Shown: positions 40,400-51,163, counted from the first letter of the stretch. The stretch is DNA of 64,000 nucleotides from an uncultured Gemmatimonadales bacterium (GCA_963695185.1 CAVOGH010000001.1:272889-336888); one strand, 5' to 3'. The notes: generated by a model from the letters alone, not told the origin. Program-made: numbers and translations.

Positions 40400-40975
40400 C
40401 TACCTCCCAAACCGATACTCGTACCCCGCCTCCTCCAGCAGCCGGAGCACCAGCCGGACAGGCAGCCCCATTACCCCGAAGAAGTCGCCGTCAATGCGCT
40501 CCACCAGGGCGGCGCCGTAGCCCTGGATGCCGTAGCCGCCGGCCTTGTCGAGCGGTTCGCCGGTGGCGATATAGGCCCGCAGAAAGGCGTCCCCCGTCGG
40601 GCGGAAGGTGACGGAGGTAACATCGGTGGCCTGGCGGGTGACGCTGTCGGCCAGCAGCGCCACCGAGGTGATCACCTCGTGTGAGCGCCCCTGCAGCTGT
40701 CGCAGCATGGTCAGGGCTTCCCCGGCGTCGCGTGGCTTCTCCAGCAGCTGGTCACCCAGGAGCACGGTGGTGTCGGCGCCGAGGACGACCTGCCCGGTGA
40801 CACTCCAGGCCTTCTCCCGCGCCAGGCGTTCCACATAGGCGATGGGCGTCTCCCCCGGCTCTCGCTCCTCCGGGATGTGGGAGGGCCGCACCTCGAAGGG
40901 AATGCCCAGCATGGCGAGCAGCTCCCGCCGCCGGGGGGAGGCGGAGGCAAGCGTAATCACCGGTATCGGCCTCAT
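40400..40975 (-). CDS. maf: Maf-family nucleoside triphosphate pyrophosphatase
   Basis: Motifs seen: [49 protein letters not shown] and [10 protein letters not shown]. Confidence 0.92.
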   Translation of the reverse strand: MRPIPVITLASASPRRRELLAMLGIPFEVRPSHIPEEREPGETPIAYVERLAREKAWSVTGQVVLGADTTVLLGDQLLEKPRDAGEALTMLRQLQGRSHEVITSVALLADSVTRQATDVTSVTFRPTGDAFLRAYIATGEPLDKAGGYGIQGYGAALVERIDGDFFGVMGLPVRLVLRLLEEAGYEYRFGR

Positions 40976-41418
40976 TGCGCCTCACGCTCGAGGACCAGCG
41001 TCACCGGCCCGTCGTTGCGGATCTCCACGTCCATCATGGCACCGAACTCGCCGGTCTCAACCCGCAGGCCGCGGGCCCGCAGGGCCGCGATGAACCGCTG
41101 GTACAGCGGGATCGCCACCTCCGGCCGGGCGGCGTCAATGAACGAGGGCCGGCGGCCCTTGCGGGCGTCGCCATAGAGCGTGAACTGGGACACGACGAGC
41201 ACCGCCCCCGCCACGTCTTCCAGTCCCAGGTTCATCTTTCCTTCCTGGTCGGTGAACAGCCGGAGCCCCGCGATCTTCTCCGCCATCCAGTCGGACTCGG
41301 CGGCGGTGTCGCTGTGAGTGAATCCCACCAGCAGGCAAAACCCGCGCTGGATGGCGCCGGTCACACGACCCCCGATGCTCACCCCCGCCTGCGACACCCG
41401 CTGCAGCACCACTCGCAT
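40972..41418 (-). CDS. dtd: D-aminoacyl-tRNA deacylase
   Basis: Motifs seen: [46 protein letters not shown] and [10 protein letters not shown]. It has a 4-nt overlap with maf. Confidence 0.93.
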   Translation of the reverse strand: MRVVLQRVSQAGVSIGGRVTGAIQRGFCLLVGFTHSDTAAESDWMAEKIAGLRLFTDQEGKMNLGLEDVAGAVLVVSQFTLYGDARKGRRPSFIDAARPEVAIPLYQRFIAALRARGLRVETGEFGAMMDVEIRNDGPVTLVLEREAQ

Positions 41419-41558
41419 GGATTCTCCCCGCAGTTCTCCCGGGACCGGCCTGCCGGTCCGGGTGATCGGGCCTGGTCAGTCGGTCAATAGTAACGGCCGA
41501 CCTCCCGCAGGCGAGGGGCCCTTGTAGGCCGGCCCGCCGGGAGGATACCCTCCATCGC

Positions 41559-42494
41559 ATGATTCCGACCCGCCTGGCGTTCGCCCGCCGTTACGTGCGC
41601 GATGAGCTGTTCCATCGGCGCAAGGACTGGCTGCGTGCGGTGCAGCCGGCACCCCATCGCCCCGATCCGGCCGGATGGCCCGCGAACGCGCTGGCGGCCG
41701 CCTGGCTCGGCCACGCCACCGTCCTGCTCAACCTTCACGGCACCTGGTTCCTGACCGACCCCGTGCTCCGGACACGGATCGGGCTCGATCTCGGCGTCAC
41801 CGCCTTCGGCCCCCGGCGCCTGGTGCGGCCGGCGCTCAGCGCGGACGAGCTGCCGCGGCTCGACGCGCTGCTCATCTCCCACGCGCACATGGACCACCTC
41901 GATCCCCGGACCCTCCGGCGGCTGCCAGCCTCCCTGCCGGTCGTGGCCCATGCCAGCCTGCGGGATCTGCTGTGTCACTTCGAGAATGTGACGGAACTCC
42001 GCTGGGGCGAACGCACCCGGGTGGGCGAGGTGACCATCGAGGCCACGCCCGCCCGGCACTGGGGCGCCCGGATGCTCAGCGATGGCTATCGCGGGTACGG
42101 CGGGTTCCTGCTGCAGAAGGACGGGACCCGGGTCATCTACACCGGCGACACGGCGGCCACTGACGTCTTCCGTCGCTATGCCGAGCCGAGTGGCGTGGAC
42201 CTCGCCATCCTGCCGATCGGAGCTTACAACCCGTGGATTGCCAACCACGCGAGCCCGGAACAGGCGTGGCAGATCGGTCGGGACCTGGGAGCGCAGTACG
42301 TCCTGCCGGTGCACCACTCCACCTTCCGGCTGAGCCGCGAGCCGATGCACGAGCCCGTCTCGCGGCTCCTGGCCGCCGCCGGCGCGGAGCGCGGGCGCAT
42401 CGTGTTGACCGAAGTGGGCCAAACCTGGGTGCATCCGCAAGCTGGATCGCAGTTTCATTCCTCGTTCATGCAGCGGAATCGGGCAGGCCTTTGA
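41559..42494 (+). CDS. MBL-fold metallo-hydrolase (NAPE-PLD-like)
   Basis: The sequence reads WLGHATVLLNLHGTWFLTDPV...LDALLISHAHMDHLD...GDT...VHHSTF. Confidence 0.8.
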   Translation: MIPTRLAFARRYVRDELFHRRKDWLRAVQPAPHRPDPAGWPANALAAAWLGHATVLLNLHGTWFLTDPVLRTRIGLDLGVTAFGPRRLVRPALSADELPRLDALLISHAHMDHLDPRTLRRLPASLPVVAHASLRDLLCHFENVTELRWGERTRVGEVTIEATPARHWGARMLSDGYRGYGGFLLQKDGTRVIYTGDTAATDVFRRYAEPSGVDLAILPIGAYNPWIANHASPEQAWQIGRDLGAQYVLPVHHSTFRLSREPMHEPVSRLLAAAGAERGRIVLTEVGQTWVHPQAGSQFHSSFMQRNRAGL

Positions 42495-42523
42495 GCGCCC
42501 CGCGGTAGTCGCTAGGGTTCGGC

Positions 42524-44287
42524 ATGAACCGTAGGCGGTGGTTTTGGGGCGTCGCCCTGGCTGTGGCCGCGTGCGGCATCGGCATCTTCGCGCTCGACAT
42601 CGTGCTCGAGGCGGCCTTTCGGACACCAATCGACGCCTACCTTCGGGCCCGCGCGCTGGCCATGATGGAGGCGAAGGAAGCCGACGGGCTGGATGTGGGC
42701 ATCCGCGAAATCAATCTGCACCTCTTTGCCCGCCGCCTCGACCTGCACGGTCTCAGCATTCGCTATATCCGGCAGGATGGCGAGCGGCAGCGGCAGCTCG
42801 AGGCCGACGCGCCTGAGGTGATCCTGAGTGGCGTCGATCTCTCCGACATGATCTGGCACCGACGCTTCCGGCTCTCGGGCGTCCGGGTCGAATCGCCGGT
42901 CGTCCGGCACCGCGATGAGGGCCCCGCCGACACGCTCCCGCCGCCAGTCGCAGGGGAAAGCGACACCCTGCCGGTCACCCTGCCACCACCTGATTCCCTG
43001 CTCTTCCTCGCGCTGTCACGGTGGTTGCCTGACGAGATCCGTCATGGCCGGATCGAGGATCTCCGGGTCGAGAACGCGACCGCCGTTTCGATGGTCAGCC
43101 GTGGCAAAGCGCAGAATACCGATTCCACCAGCGGCCTCTTCGTCCGGCTCCGGGGCCTGGCGCTCGATTCCGCCCGGCATCGCGTCTTCCAGGGCGGTGC
43201 GCTCGACCTCGCGTACTTCTCCCACGCCACGCCCGGCGGAGCTGACAGCCTGATCATCCGTGGCGTCTCGCTCACGCTCAATGCGAACGACACGACCTTC
43301 GCCGTCAGCGAGATCCGCACCGGCCCGGAGCGCGGCGGCCATTCGTTCCGTGCCGCCGGTATCCGGCGCTCCCACGCGCGCCGGATCCTCACCATCGATA
43401 CCCTGATGTACGGCCCGCTCGCCTCGGACTCGAACTTCTTCCGGCACGCCGCCCCCCGCTCGACCGTGATACGAGCACTCTGTACCGGCGTCAAGATCCT
43501 CGGCCTTACTGAAGAAAACGTCCGCCGGCGCCGGATCACGGCAGGCGGGATCTGGATCGGGACGGCGGATCTCGATGTGGTGGCGGACCGCCGGGTCGAC
43601 GGACCACCGCATACAGGGCGGCGGAGACTCTGGCCCACCCGGTTCGCGGCGCTGGACTGGGTGGTCGGAGCCGACTCCGTGGTGCTCGAACAGGGCCGGA
43701 TCCGGTACACCGAACTCTATCGCGGGGCGCTGGCGGGGTCGATCAGCTTCTCGAATATCCACGCTCGCATCACCAACGCCTCCAATGATTCGGTGGCCCG
43801 AGAGCGCCCGGTGGTCATTAGCGCCGATGCGCGGATCTACGACAAGGGCCGGCTGCAGACGACGATTGCGGTGCCGGTCAGCGAAGGCCCGTTTCGGGCC
43901 GATGTGGAGGGCCAGATGGGCGCCATGCCCATCGCCCTCTTCAACGAATTCCTGGATCCGTCCGCCGGCGTGCAAGTCACCGGCGGGGAACTCCACAAGG
44001 CCAGCTTCAAGTTCAAGGTGAACGATGGGTGGGCCCGGGGCCAGTTCCGCGCCGCCTGGGAAGGGCTCGGCCTCCGCAAGGTGAACAAACAGACTGGAGG
44101 CCAGAGCCTTGGGGACCGGCTGGCATCGATCGTCGCCAACACCATGACTCAGGCGAGCAACCTGCCGGACAGCAATGACATCAGGCCGACCGCACCGATC
44201 CGGTATCGCGTCCTGCCGAGCGATACCTTCTGGCAACTGCTGTGGCGGAGTCTTCGCTCAGGGATGGTCAAGGCGGTCAAGGAGTAG
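42524..44287 (+). CDS. N-terminally anchored large periplasmic protein, DUF748/AsmA-like
   Basis: The TM anchor is WFWGVALAVAACGIGIFAL. Repeated beta-rich segments of the IREINLHLFARRLDLHGLSIRY type follow. The family call is from memory only. Confidence 0.5.
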   Translation: MNRRRWFWGVALAVAACGIGIFALDIVLEAAFRTPIDAYLRARALAMMEAKEADGLDVGIREINLHLFARRLDLHGLSIRYIRQDGERQRQLEADAPEVILSGVDLSDMIWHRRFRLSGVRVESPVVRHRDEGPADTLPPPVAGESDTLPVTLPPPDSLLFLALSRWLPDEIRHGRIEDLRVENATAVSMVSRGKAQNTDSTSGLFVRLRGLALDSARHRVFQGGALDLAYFSHATPGGADSLIIRGVSLTLNANDTTFAVSEIRTGPERGGHSFRAAGIRRSHARRILTIDTLMYGPLASDSNFFRHAAPRSTVIRALCTGVKILGLTEENVRRRRITAGGIWIGTADLDVVADRRVDGPPHTGRRRLWPTRFAALDWVVGADSVVLEQGRIRYTELYRGALAGSISFSNIHARITNASNDSVARERPVVISADARIYDKGRLQTTIAVPVSEGPFRADVEGQMGAMPIALFNEFLDPSAGVQVTGGELHKASFKFKVNDGWARGQFRAAWEGLGLRKVNKQTGGQSLGDRLASIVANTMTQASNLPDSNDIRPTAPIRYRVLPSDTFWQLLWRSLRSGMVKAVKE

Positions 44288-44312
44288 GCCGCACGGAGTG
44301 CTTCGAGAGCGA

Positions 44313-44345
44313 AGAGGGGGCCCCGTGACCTGCGGGGCCCCCTCT
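44313..44345. terminator. Strong bidirectional terminator hairpin between convergent genes
   Basis: AGAGGGGGCCCCG-tgacctg-CGGGGCCCCCTCT forms a 13-bp perfect GC-rich stem with a 7-nt loop. It lies between the stop at 44287 (+) and the glmS stop at 44368 (-). Confidence 0.7.
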
Positions 44346-44367
44346 CAAGTCTCGCTGGACGGCCGAC

Positions 44368-46194
44368 CTATTCCACCGTTACGCTCTTCGCGAGATTGCG
44401 CGGCTGGTCCACGTTGCAGCCCCGCCGGACCGCCACGTAGTAGCTGAACAACTGCAGCGGGATGATGGTCAGGATCGGGGTGAGCAGGTCCATGGTGTCC
44501 GGGATGGTGAACGTCGCCGTGGCGAGCCGCCGGATCTGGTCGTCGCCCTCGTTCATGATGGCGATGACCTGGCCGCCGCGGGCCCGGACCTCCTCCATGT
44601 TGGACACGATCTTCCCATGCACGCCGTCCCTGGGCGCGATGAACATGACCGGCATGTTCTCGTCAATCAGGGCGATCGGTCCGTGCTTCATCTCCGCCGC
44701 CGGGTACCCCTCGGCGTGGATGTAGGAGATCTCCTTGAGCTTGAGCGCGCCCTCCAGGGCCACCGGGAAGTTCACCCCGCGCCCGAGGTAGAGGGCGTTA
44801 TTGGTGCGCCAGAACCGCTCGGCCAGCGCCTCCACCTCCGGCCCGCGATCCAGGATCTGCTGGACCTGTCCGGGCAGCGCGCGGAGCGCCTGGATGATCT
44901 GCCGGCCCTGCAGGATGCTGAGACTGCGCAGCCGCCCGAACCGCAGGGTAATGAGCGCCAGGGCGATCACCTGGCTGGTGAAGGCCTTGGTGCTGGCCAC
45001 TCCGACCTCGGGACCGGCGTGCAGGTAGATCCCGCCGTCCACCTCCCGCGCGATGCTGGAGCCCACGACGTTCACGATGCCGATGGTCCGGGCCCCGCGC
45101 CGCTTGGCCTCGCGGATGGCAGCGAGCGTATCGGCAGTCTCGCCGGACTGGGAGATGCCGATCACCAGGGTGCGGTCGTCCACCACAGGATTGCGATAGC
45201 GGAACTCCGAGGCATACTCCACCTCCACCGGGATGCGGGCCAGTTCCTCCAGCATGTACTCGCCGATGAGCCCCGAGTGCCACGAGGTGCCGCAGGCGGT
45301 GATGACGATCCGGTTGATCTTCATGATCTCGTCGTCGGCCAGGTTGAGGCCGCTGACCCGGGCCGTGCCCTCTTCATCCAGCAGGTGCCCCCGCATGGTG
45401 TTCCGCACCGTGTCGGCCTGCTCGAAGATCTCCTTCAGCATGAAGTGGTCGTAACCGCCGCGTTCGATCGTGGCGAGATCCCACTCAATCTGGTTGACCG
45501 GCTTGTCGATCCGGGTGGCGGCCAAGTCGCGGACGTGATACCCCTCACGGGTGAGGACCGCCATTTCGCCGTCGTCCAGGTAGACCACCGACCGGGTGTG
45601 GGCCAGGATCGCCGAGGCATCGGAGGCCACGAACCATTCTCCGTCTCCCACTCCGACCAGCAGCGGTGAGCCCTTTCGGGCGGCGACGATCACATCCGGT
45701 TCGTCGGCCGAGATGACGGCGATGCCATAGGCGCCGTCCACCTCGCGGAGGGCGTGGGCAACCGCTTCCTCGAGGTTGCCCCGATAGTAGACCCCGATGA
45801 GGTGAGCCAGCACCTCGGTGTCGGTGTCGGACTTGAAGACATGCCCGCGCTGCTCCAGCACCGTCTTGATCGCCCCGGCGTTCTCGATGATGCCGTTATG
45901 GATGATCGCGATCTTCCCGGTGCTGTCGGTATGCGGGTGGGCGTTGATGGTGTTGGGCGGACCGTGCGTGGCCCAGCGGGTGTGCCCGATCCCGACCGTG
46001 CCCTTGGGGGTGTGGTCCTTCAGCTGCAGTTCCAGGGCGGCGAGCTTGCCGGCCTGCTTTTCCACAACCAGCCCGCGGCCGTTGAGCACCGCGATGCCGG
46101 CGGAGTCATAACCCCGGTATTCCAGCCGCCGGAGCCCTTCGATCAGCAGTGCCGCCGCCTGGCGGGGTCCGACGTAACCGACAATGCCGCACAT
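44368..46194 (-). CDS. glmS: Glutamine--fructose-6-phosphate aminotransferase
   Basis: The N-terminus is MCGIVGYVG (Cys nucleophile). GHTRWATHG is present, along with two SIS domains. The C-terminus is DQPRNLAKSVTVE. Intact at 608 aa. Confidence 0.97.
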   Translation of the reverse strand: MCGIVGYVGPRQAAALLIEGLRRLEYRGYDSAGIAVLNGRGLVVEKQAGKLAALELQLKDHTPKGTVGIGHTRWATHGPPNTINAHPHTDSTGKIAIIHNGIIENAGAIKTVLEQRGHVFKSDTDTEVLAHLIGVYYRGNLEEAVAHALREVDGAYGIAVISADEPDVIVAARKGSPLLVGVGDGEWFVASDASAILAHTRSVVYLDDGEMAVLTREGYHVRDLAATRIDKPVNQIEWDLATIERGGYDHFMLKEIFEQADTVRNTMRGHLLDEEGTARVSGLNLADDEIMKINRIVITACGTSWHSGLIGEYMLEELARIPVEVEYASEFRYRNPVVDDRTLVIGISQSGETADTLAAIREAKRRGARTIGIVNVVGSSIAREVDGGIYLHAGPEVGVASTKAFTSQVIALALITLRFGRLRSLSILQGRQIIQALRALPGQVQQILDRGPEVEALAERFWRTNNALYLGRGVNFPVALEGALKLKEISYIHAEGYPAAEMKHGPIALIDENMPVMFIAPRDGVHGKIVSNMEEVRARGGQVIAIMNEGDDQIRRLATATFTIPDTMDLLTPILTIIPLQLFSYYVAVRRGCNVDQPRNLAKSVTVE

Positions 46195-46206
46195 CTGCGC
46201 TGGTCC

Positions 46207-47583
46207 TCAGGTCGAAAAGAGTTCGCGACACACCGACACCAGTGCTTCGGCATCGGCTTGGGTCGGAGCCTCGGCAATGAACCGTACGATGGGCTCGGTG
46301 CCTGACGGGCGTACATGCACCCAGCGATCCGGCCATGCAAGCCTCAGCCCATCCCGGGTATCTACCTCGGCCTCCGGAAAGCGGGCGCGGAGCCGGCCGT
46401 ACACTGGAGTTAACTCGTTGCCGCGTGGGGCTTTAGCCTTGACAATCCGATAGCGATTCTGACTGGACACAAGCTGCGAGACCGACTGCCCGGTGGCGGC
46501 CATCAGGTGCAGGATCAGTGCCACACCGACCGGGGCGTCCCGCCCGATATGAAGGGCGGGCAGGATCACGCCCCCGTTGCCCTCTCCCCCGATGACCGCC
46601 CCCTCGTCCCGGATGCTCCGGGCCACGTTGGCCTCCCCGACCGCCGCCCGGACGAAACGGGCACCCCCCAGTCTGGCAGCGTCCTCGACGACCAGTGAAG
46701 TGGAGAGGTTGGCGACGACAACCGCAGGGGGCGAGGATGGCCTCGCCGCCGGAGGGTGTCCCAGCACCGCCCGCACCGCGAAGGCAAGGGTGTAATCCTC
46801 GCCGATGGGTGCTCCGTTTTCAGCCACCAGGGCCAGTCGATCGACGTCGGGGTCCACGGCGAAGCCGATCTCGGCCCCGGTCTCCCTGACTAGACGGGAG
46901 AGATCGCCCAGATTCTCAGGCACCGGCTCGGGCGGGCGGGGAAACCGACCGTCGGTCTCGGTATTGATGGCCCGCACCTCACACCCCAGCTGCTCGAGCA
47001 GGGCCGGCATGATGGTGCCACCCGCGCCGCGGACGCAGTCCAGCGCCACCCGGAACCGCCGGGCGCGGATCGCCTCCAGATTGATATGCGGCAATGCCAA
47101 GACCTGGGCAAGATGCCGTCCGATCGCCTCGAAATCCTCCCGGACCGTCCCCACCCCGTCCCAGCTGGTCCGGGCCGGACCCAGTTCGGCCAGCTTCCGG
47201 ACCCGGGAGCCTTCGGCCCCGTCAAGGAAGATCCCGTCTGGCCCCACCAGCTTGAGCGCGTTCCATTCGATGGGGTTGTGGCTGGCGGTGAGAATGAGTC
47301 CCGCCCCGGCGTGATGATGCTCCACCGCCAGCTGGACCGTCGGCGTGGGGGCTACCCCCACGTCAATGACATCCGCACCCACCGACATCAGGCCTGCGGT
47401 GGCCGCCCGGGCGAACATCGGCCCGCTGGTCCGGGCGTCCCGACCCAGAACCACCAGCGGCCGGCCGTTGCTCCGGGCCCATGCGCCCAGCGCCGCGGCG
47501 TGCCGGGCCACGAGTTCGGGGGTGAGGTCCTTGCCCACGATCCCGCGCATGCCGGAGACACTGATCATGAGGGTATCGGACAT
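46207..47583 (-). CDS. glmM: Phosphohexomutase family enzyme, probable phosphoglucosamine mutase
   Basis: The sequence reads MSDTLMISVSGMRGIVG...LILTASHNPIEWNA (phosphoserine loop)...FAVDPDVDR. It lies directly upstream of glmS. The longest ORF extends to 47616. Confidence 0.8.
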   Translation of the reverse strand: MSDTLMISVSGMRGIVGKDLTPELVARHAAALGAWARSNGRPLVVLGRDARTSGPMFARAATAGLMSVGADVIDVGVAPTPTVQLAVEHHHAGAGLILTASHNPIEWNALKLVGPDGIFLDGAEGSRVRKLAELGPARTSWDGVGTVREDFEAIGRHLAQVLALPHINLEAIRARRFRVALDCVRGAGGTIMPALLEQLGCEVRAINTETDGRFPRPPEPVPENLGDLSRLVRETGAEIGFAVDPDVDRLALVAENGAPIGEDYTLAFAVRAVLGHPPAARPSSPPAVVVANLSTSLVVEDAARLGGARFVRAAVGEANVARSIRDEGAVIGGEGNGGVILPALHIGRDAPVGVALILHLMAATGQSVSQLVSSQNRYRIVKAKAPRGNELTPVYGRLRARFPEAEVDTRDGLRLAWPDRWVHVRPSGTEPIVRFIAEAPTQADAEALVSVCRELFST

Positions 47584-47693
47584 GGCGGGAAGGTAGCCAC
47601 GCCATGTGGGACCCAACAGGGAGACTGGAGCCGAGGAGGGCCAGGCCGTGAGAGGCGCCGGGCGAAGACCCGGGCAGCGGGCCGGGGCAAGCC

Positions 47694-48758
47694 TCAGATG
47701 GAGAGAGGCAGCGCCTCGGAATCGGGGAACGCCGCCTTGAAGGCCCGCACCACTTCGGTGTCGAAGTGGCTGCCGGCGCAGCGGTCCAGCTCGTGGTAGG
47801 CTTCGGGGGGCTGGCGCGAGGAGCGGTAGGCGCGGTTGGTGGTCATGGCATCGAACGCGTCTACCACGCAGACGATGCGAGCCTCGATGGGGATCTCCTG
47901 CCCCGCCAGCCGATCCGGAAAGCCGCCCCCATCGATACGTTCGTGATGGTTGCGCACGATGCGAAGCACCGTGGGGTTCTCCCGGGCCAGGGGGGCCAGG
48001 ATCCGCTCGCCCAGGATCGTGTGCTCGGTGATGTGCGCAAATTCCTCGTCCGTGAGCGCGCCAGGCTTGTTGAGCACGGCCTCTCGAGTGCCGATCTTGC
48101 CGATGTCGTGCAGCTCGGCTCCCAGCCGTATCTCCTCCAGCCGCTCGCCGGTGAAGCCGAGCTGGATGGCGGTCTGGACGGCGTAGCGGCTGACCCGCAT
48201 CGAATGGCCGCTGGTGTAGGCATCCTTGGCTTCCAGCGCGTGGGCCAGGGTTTGGACCCCCTGCAAGAACAGCTCCTTGATCCGCCCGGCCTGGACCCGC
48301 ACCCGGAGCTCGAGATTCTTCTGGTAGAATCGCTTCTGCATCAGCAGGTCACGCTTTTCCAGCGCCTTGGCCACCCGGACGCGGACTTCGTCGATGACGG
48401 CGGGCTTGGAGATGTAATCGAGGGCGCCCTTGTCGAGGCAGGCCACGGCGGTGGTCACATCGGACACGCCGCTCAGCATGATGACGGCCGTGTCAGGGAA
48501 GCGCCGCAGCACCTCCTCCAGGAAACCGAGCCCGTTGAGGCCGGGCATGTTGATGTCGCTGATGATCAGCGGCACCTCGCCGTGAGTTTCCAGCAGTCTC
48601 AGGGCCTCCCGGCCGTCCCCCGCTTCCAGCGCGGAGAGCCCCGTGAGTTCCGTCACGCGGGCGATGGCATGCCGGACGGCAGCATCATCGTCCACGACCA
48701 GGCATCTCGGCGCCAGGGCCTTGGGCTCCAGCCGCTGGGCAATCTGGTCGAACAGCAT
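47694..48758 (-). CDS. Response regulator with HD-GYP phosphodiesterase output (RpfG-like)
   Basis: The receiver reads CLVVDDDAAVR...LIISDINMPGLNG. The HD-GYP domain reads HSMRVSRYA...AELHDIGKIG...HHERIDGGGFP. Confidence 0.88.
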   Translation of the reverse strand: MLFDQIAQRLEPKALAPRCLVVDDDAAVRHAIARVTELTGLSALEAGDGREALRLLETHGEVPLIISDINMPGLNGLGFLEEVLRRFPDTAVIMLSGVSDVTTAVACLDKGALDYISKPAVIDEVRVRVAKALEKRDLLMQKRFYQKNLELRVRVQAGRIKELFLQGVQTLAHALEAKDAYTSGHSMRVSRYAVQTAIQLGFTGERLEEIRLGAELHDIGKIGTREAVLNKPGALTDEEFAHITEHTILGERILAPLARENPTVLRIVRNHHERIDGGGFPDRLAGQEIPIEARIVCVVDAFDAMTTNRAYRSSRQPPEAYHELDRCAGSHFDTEVVRAFKAAFPDSEALPLSI

Positions 48759-48841
48759 CAGGATCTCCCGGCCGCATCGCCGCTGGCTTGCTGCTGCCCC
48801 GGCCCGTGGGTTACGTTCCCGCCTCCCTCAGCCCCGCTCGC

Positions 48842-50005
48842 ATGACTCAGCTCCGGCAGGAAGATTCCGCCCACGGCTTCGCCACCCGTGCCGTGCACGC
48901 CGGCCAGTCGCCCGATCCGCTCTCCGGCGCGGTCATGACCCCGATCTACCAGACCTCCACCTACGTCCAGGAGGGGCTGGGACGGCACAAGGGGTACGAG
49001 TACGCCCGGACCCACAACCCCACCCGGGAGGCGCTGGAACGCTGCATCGCCAGCCTCGAGGGTGGCCGCTACGGCTTTGCCTTCGGCTCCGGCCTCGCGG
49101 CGCTCGACACCTTGCTCAAGCTCCTCAAACAGGGTGACCACGTGGTGGCCGGCGAGAACCTCTACGGCGGGTCCCACCGGCTCATGGAGCGGGTGTACCA
49201 GCCGCTGGGGCTGACGTTCTCGTTCGTGGACATGCGCAACCCGGAGAACGTGGCCCGAGCGATCACCCCTCACACCCGGCTGGTCTACGGCGAGACACCC
49301 ACCAACCCGATGATGTTCCTCGCCGACCTGGCCGCCATCGGCGACATCACCCAGGCTCGTGGCGTCCCCTTCGCGGTGGACAACACCTTCGCCACCCCGT
49401 ACTTCCAACGGCCGCTGGAGCTGGGCGCGGATATCATCCTCCACTCCACCACCAAGTACCTCAATGGCCACAGCGATATGGTCGGCGGCATGCTGGTCAC
49501 CTCCCGCGACGACCTGGCCGAGAAGATCGGATTCCTGCAGAACGCCGCCGGCGGCGTGCCGGGGCCGATGGACTGCTGGCTCTGCCTCCGGGGTCTCAAG
49601 ACCCTGCCCCTGAGAATGCGCCAGCACGACGCCAGCGGACGCGCCATCGCCGAATGGCTGACCCGCCACCCGCGGGTCCGCAAGGTCTACTTCCCCGGCC
49701 TCCTCGATCATCCCCAGCACGATCTGGCATGCCGGCAGATGACGGGATTCGGTGGCATGATCTCCGTGGAACTGGGCGATCCCGCGGTCGCCCGGCAGGT
49801 GGTGGAACGCACCCGCGTCTTCGCCCTGGCCGAATCGCTGGGGGGCGTGGAGAGCCTGATCGGGCATCCCGCCAGCATGACGCACGCGGCAGTGCCCCTG
49901 GCGCTCCGGCAGGCGATGGGCCTCACCGACAGCCTCATTCGGCTGTCGTGCGGAGTGGAGGAAACGGCGGACCTGATGGCAGACCTGGAGCAGGCGCTCG
50001 GTTGA
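48842..50005 (+). CDS. Cys/Met-metabolism PLP enzyme (cystathionine gamma-synthase/beta-lyase family)
   Basis: Motifs seen: ATRAVHAGQ, PIYQTSTY, YARTHNPTREALE, HSTTKYLNGHSD (PLP Lys) and RLSCGVEE. The longest ORF starts at 48788. Confidence 0.88.
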   Translation: MTQLRQEDSAHGFATRAVHAGQSPDPLSGAVMTPIYQTSTYVQEGLGRHKGYEYARTHNPTREALERCIASLEGGRYGFAFGSGLAALDTLLKLLKQGDHVVAGENLYGGSHRLMERVYQPLGLTFSFVDMRNPENVARAITPHTRLVYGETPTNPMMFLADLAAIGDITQARGVPFAVDNTFATPYFQRPLELGADIILHSTTKYLNGHSDMVGGMLVTSRDDLAEKIGFLQNAAGGVPGPMDCWLCLRGLKTLPLRMRQHDASGRAIAEWLTRHPRVRKVYFPGLLDHPQHDLACRQMTGFGGMISVELGDPAVARQVVERTRVFALAESLGGVESLIGHPASMTHAAVPLALRQAMGLTDSLIRLSCGVEETADLMADLEQALG

Positions 50006-50152
50006 CAACGGGCCCGGGAGGCGGCCGGGCCGGGCGTCCACGAAGGCGGCACTCGCCCGTCTCCCCTCGCCATCGTCGTACCAGGTCCGTCTCAGCATGA
50101 AACTGCCCCTCGTTCCGGGCGTAGAGTGGTCGCCCCTTACCTTGAGTCCCTT

Positions 50153-51163
50153 ATGACCCTGCCCGCCCCGCGCCCCCGGCGCACCCTCCCCGAGATCGCT
50201 GCCGTTTCCTGGGAGCATCCCGCAGACCGTGCCGCGCTGCAGGCGCTGCGCTCTGTGCCCGGTTTTGAGGAAGTCACCCGGAAGATTCTCGCCTTCCTTG
50301 GCGGGGAGCGCGGGATCCGGCTCCTCTTCCAGGCCAATGCCGTGCGGGTGGGGCCGTCCCAGTTCCCCAAACTCTGGACCACGCACGTGGAGGTGTGCAC
50401 CACCTTCGATTGGCCGACCATCCCTGAGCTCTACGTCTCCCAGACGCCGGTCTTCAACGCCGGCGCCTACGGGGTGGACAACCCATTTATCGTCCTGCAC
50501 TCGGCTGCACTTGAGCTATTGGATGATGACGAGACCCGGGTGCTCCTGGCCCATGAATTGGGCCACGTCATCAGCGGCCACGCCTTCTACCGGACCATCG
50601 CCGCAATCCTTTTCCTGGTAAGCGCTTCCGCCCTCCCGGGCCTGGTGGGAATCGCCCTGCTCCCGGTCCGGCTGGCCTTTCTGGAGTGGTCCCGGAAGTC
50701 GGAGCTGTCCAGCGACCGGGCCGGCCTGCTGGGCTCCCAGGATCCGATCGCCTCCCAGCGCCTGTTCATGCAGATGGCCGGCGGCGTCCGTCCGCCGCTG
50801 CAGCAGGGGCAGCTCGACCTGGACACCTTCATGGCGCAGGCCCACGAATACAGCCAGAGCAACGATGGGCTGGACGTCGTCTACAAGGTTGCCGCCACCC
50901 TGATGCTGAGCCATCCCATGCACACCGTGCGGGCGGCGGAGCTGCAGCAATGGATCCAGAGCGGCGACTACGACCGCATCCTGCGGGGGGAGTACAGCCG
51001 TCGCGGTACCGCCGAGCGCGAACGCCCGCTGGCCGACGACTTCGGCGCGGCCAAGGAGTACTACAGCCAGGAGGCAAAGGAGACCATCGGCCACGTGGTG
51101 GACGCGGCGAAGCAGGCCGCGGGCCGGGTGGGAGAGGCGTTCCGCAAGGCCAAGAAGCAGTGA
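50153..51163 (+). CDS. M48-family zinc metalloprotease
   Basis: The HExxH motif is LLAHELGHVISGH, with flanking TM segments and a downstream SELSSDRAGL. The longest ORF starts at 50126. Confidence 0.8.
   Translation: MTLPAPRPRRTLPEIAAVSWEHPADRAALQALRSVPGFEEVTRKILAFLGGERGIRLLFQANAVRVGPSQFPKLWTTHVEVCTTFDWPTIPELYVSQTPVFNAGAYGVDNPFIVLHSAALELLDDDETRVLLAHELGHVISGHAFYRTIAAILFLVSASALPGLVGIALLPVRLAFLEWSRKSELSSDRAGLLGSQDPIASQRLFMQMAGGVRPPLQQGQLDLDTFMAQAHEYSQSNDGLDVVYKVAATLMLSHPMHTVRAAELQQWIQSGDYDRILRGEYSRRGTAERERPLADDFGAAKEYYSQEAKETIGHVVDAAKQAAGRVGEAFRKAKKQ

Noticed and set aside
47584-47693. A glmS ribozyme or other riboswitch upstream of the glmM-glmS pair
   Set aside because: I could not recognise the conserved glmS ribozyme core in the 110-nt spacer on the minus strand. 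Only a weak 5-bp hairpin is present.
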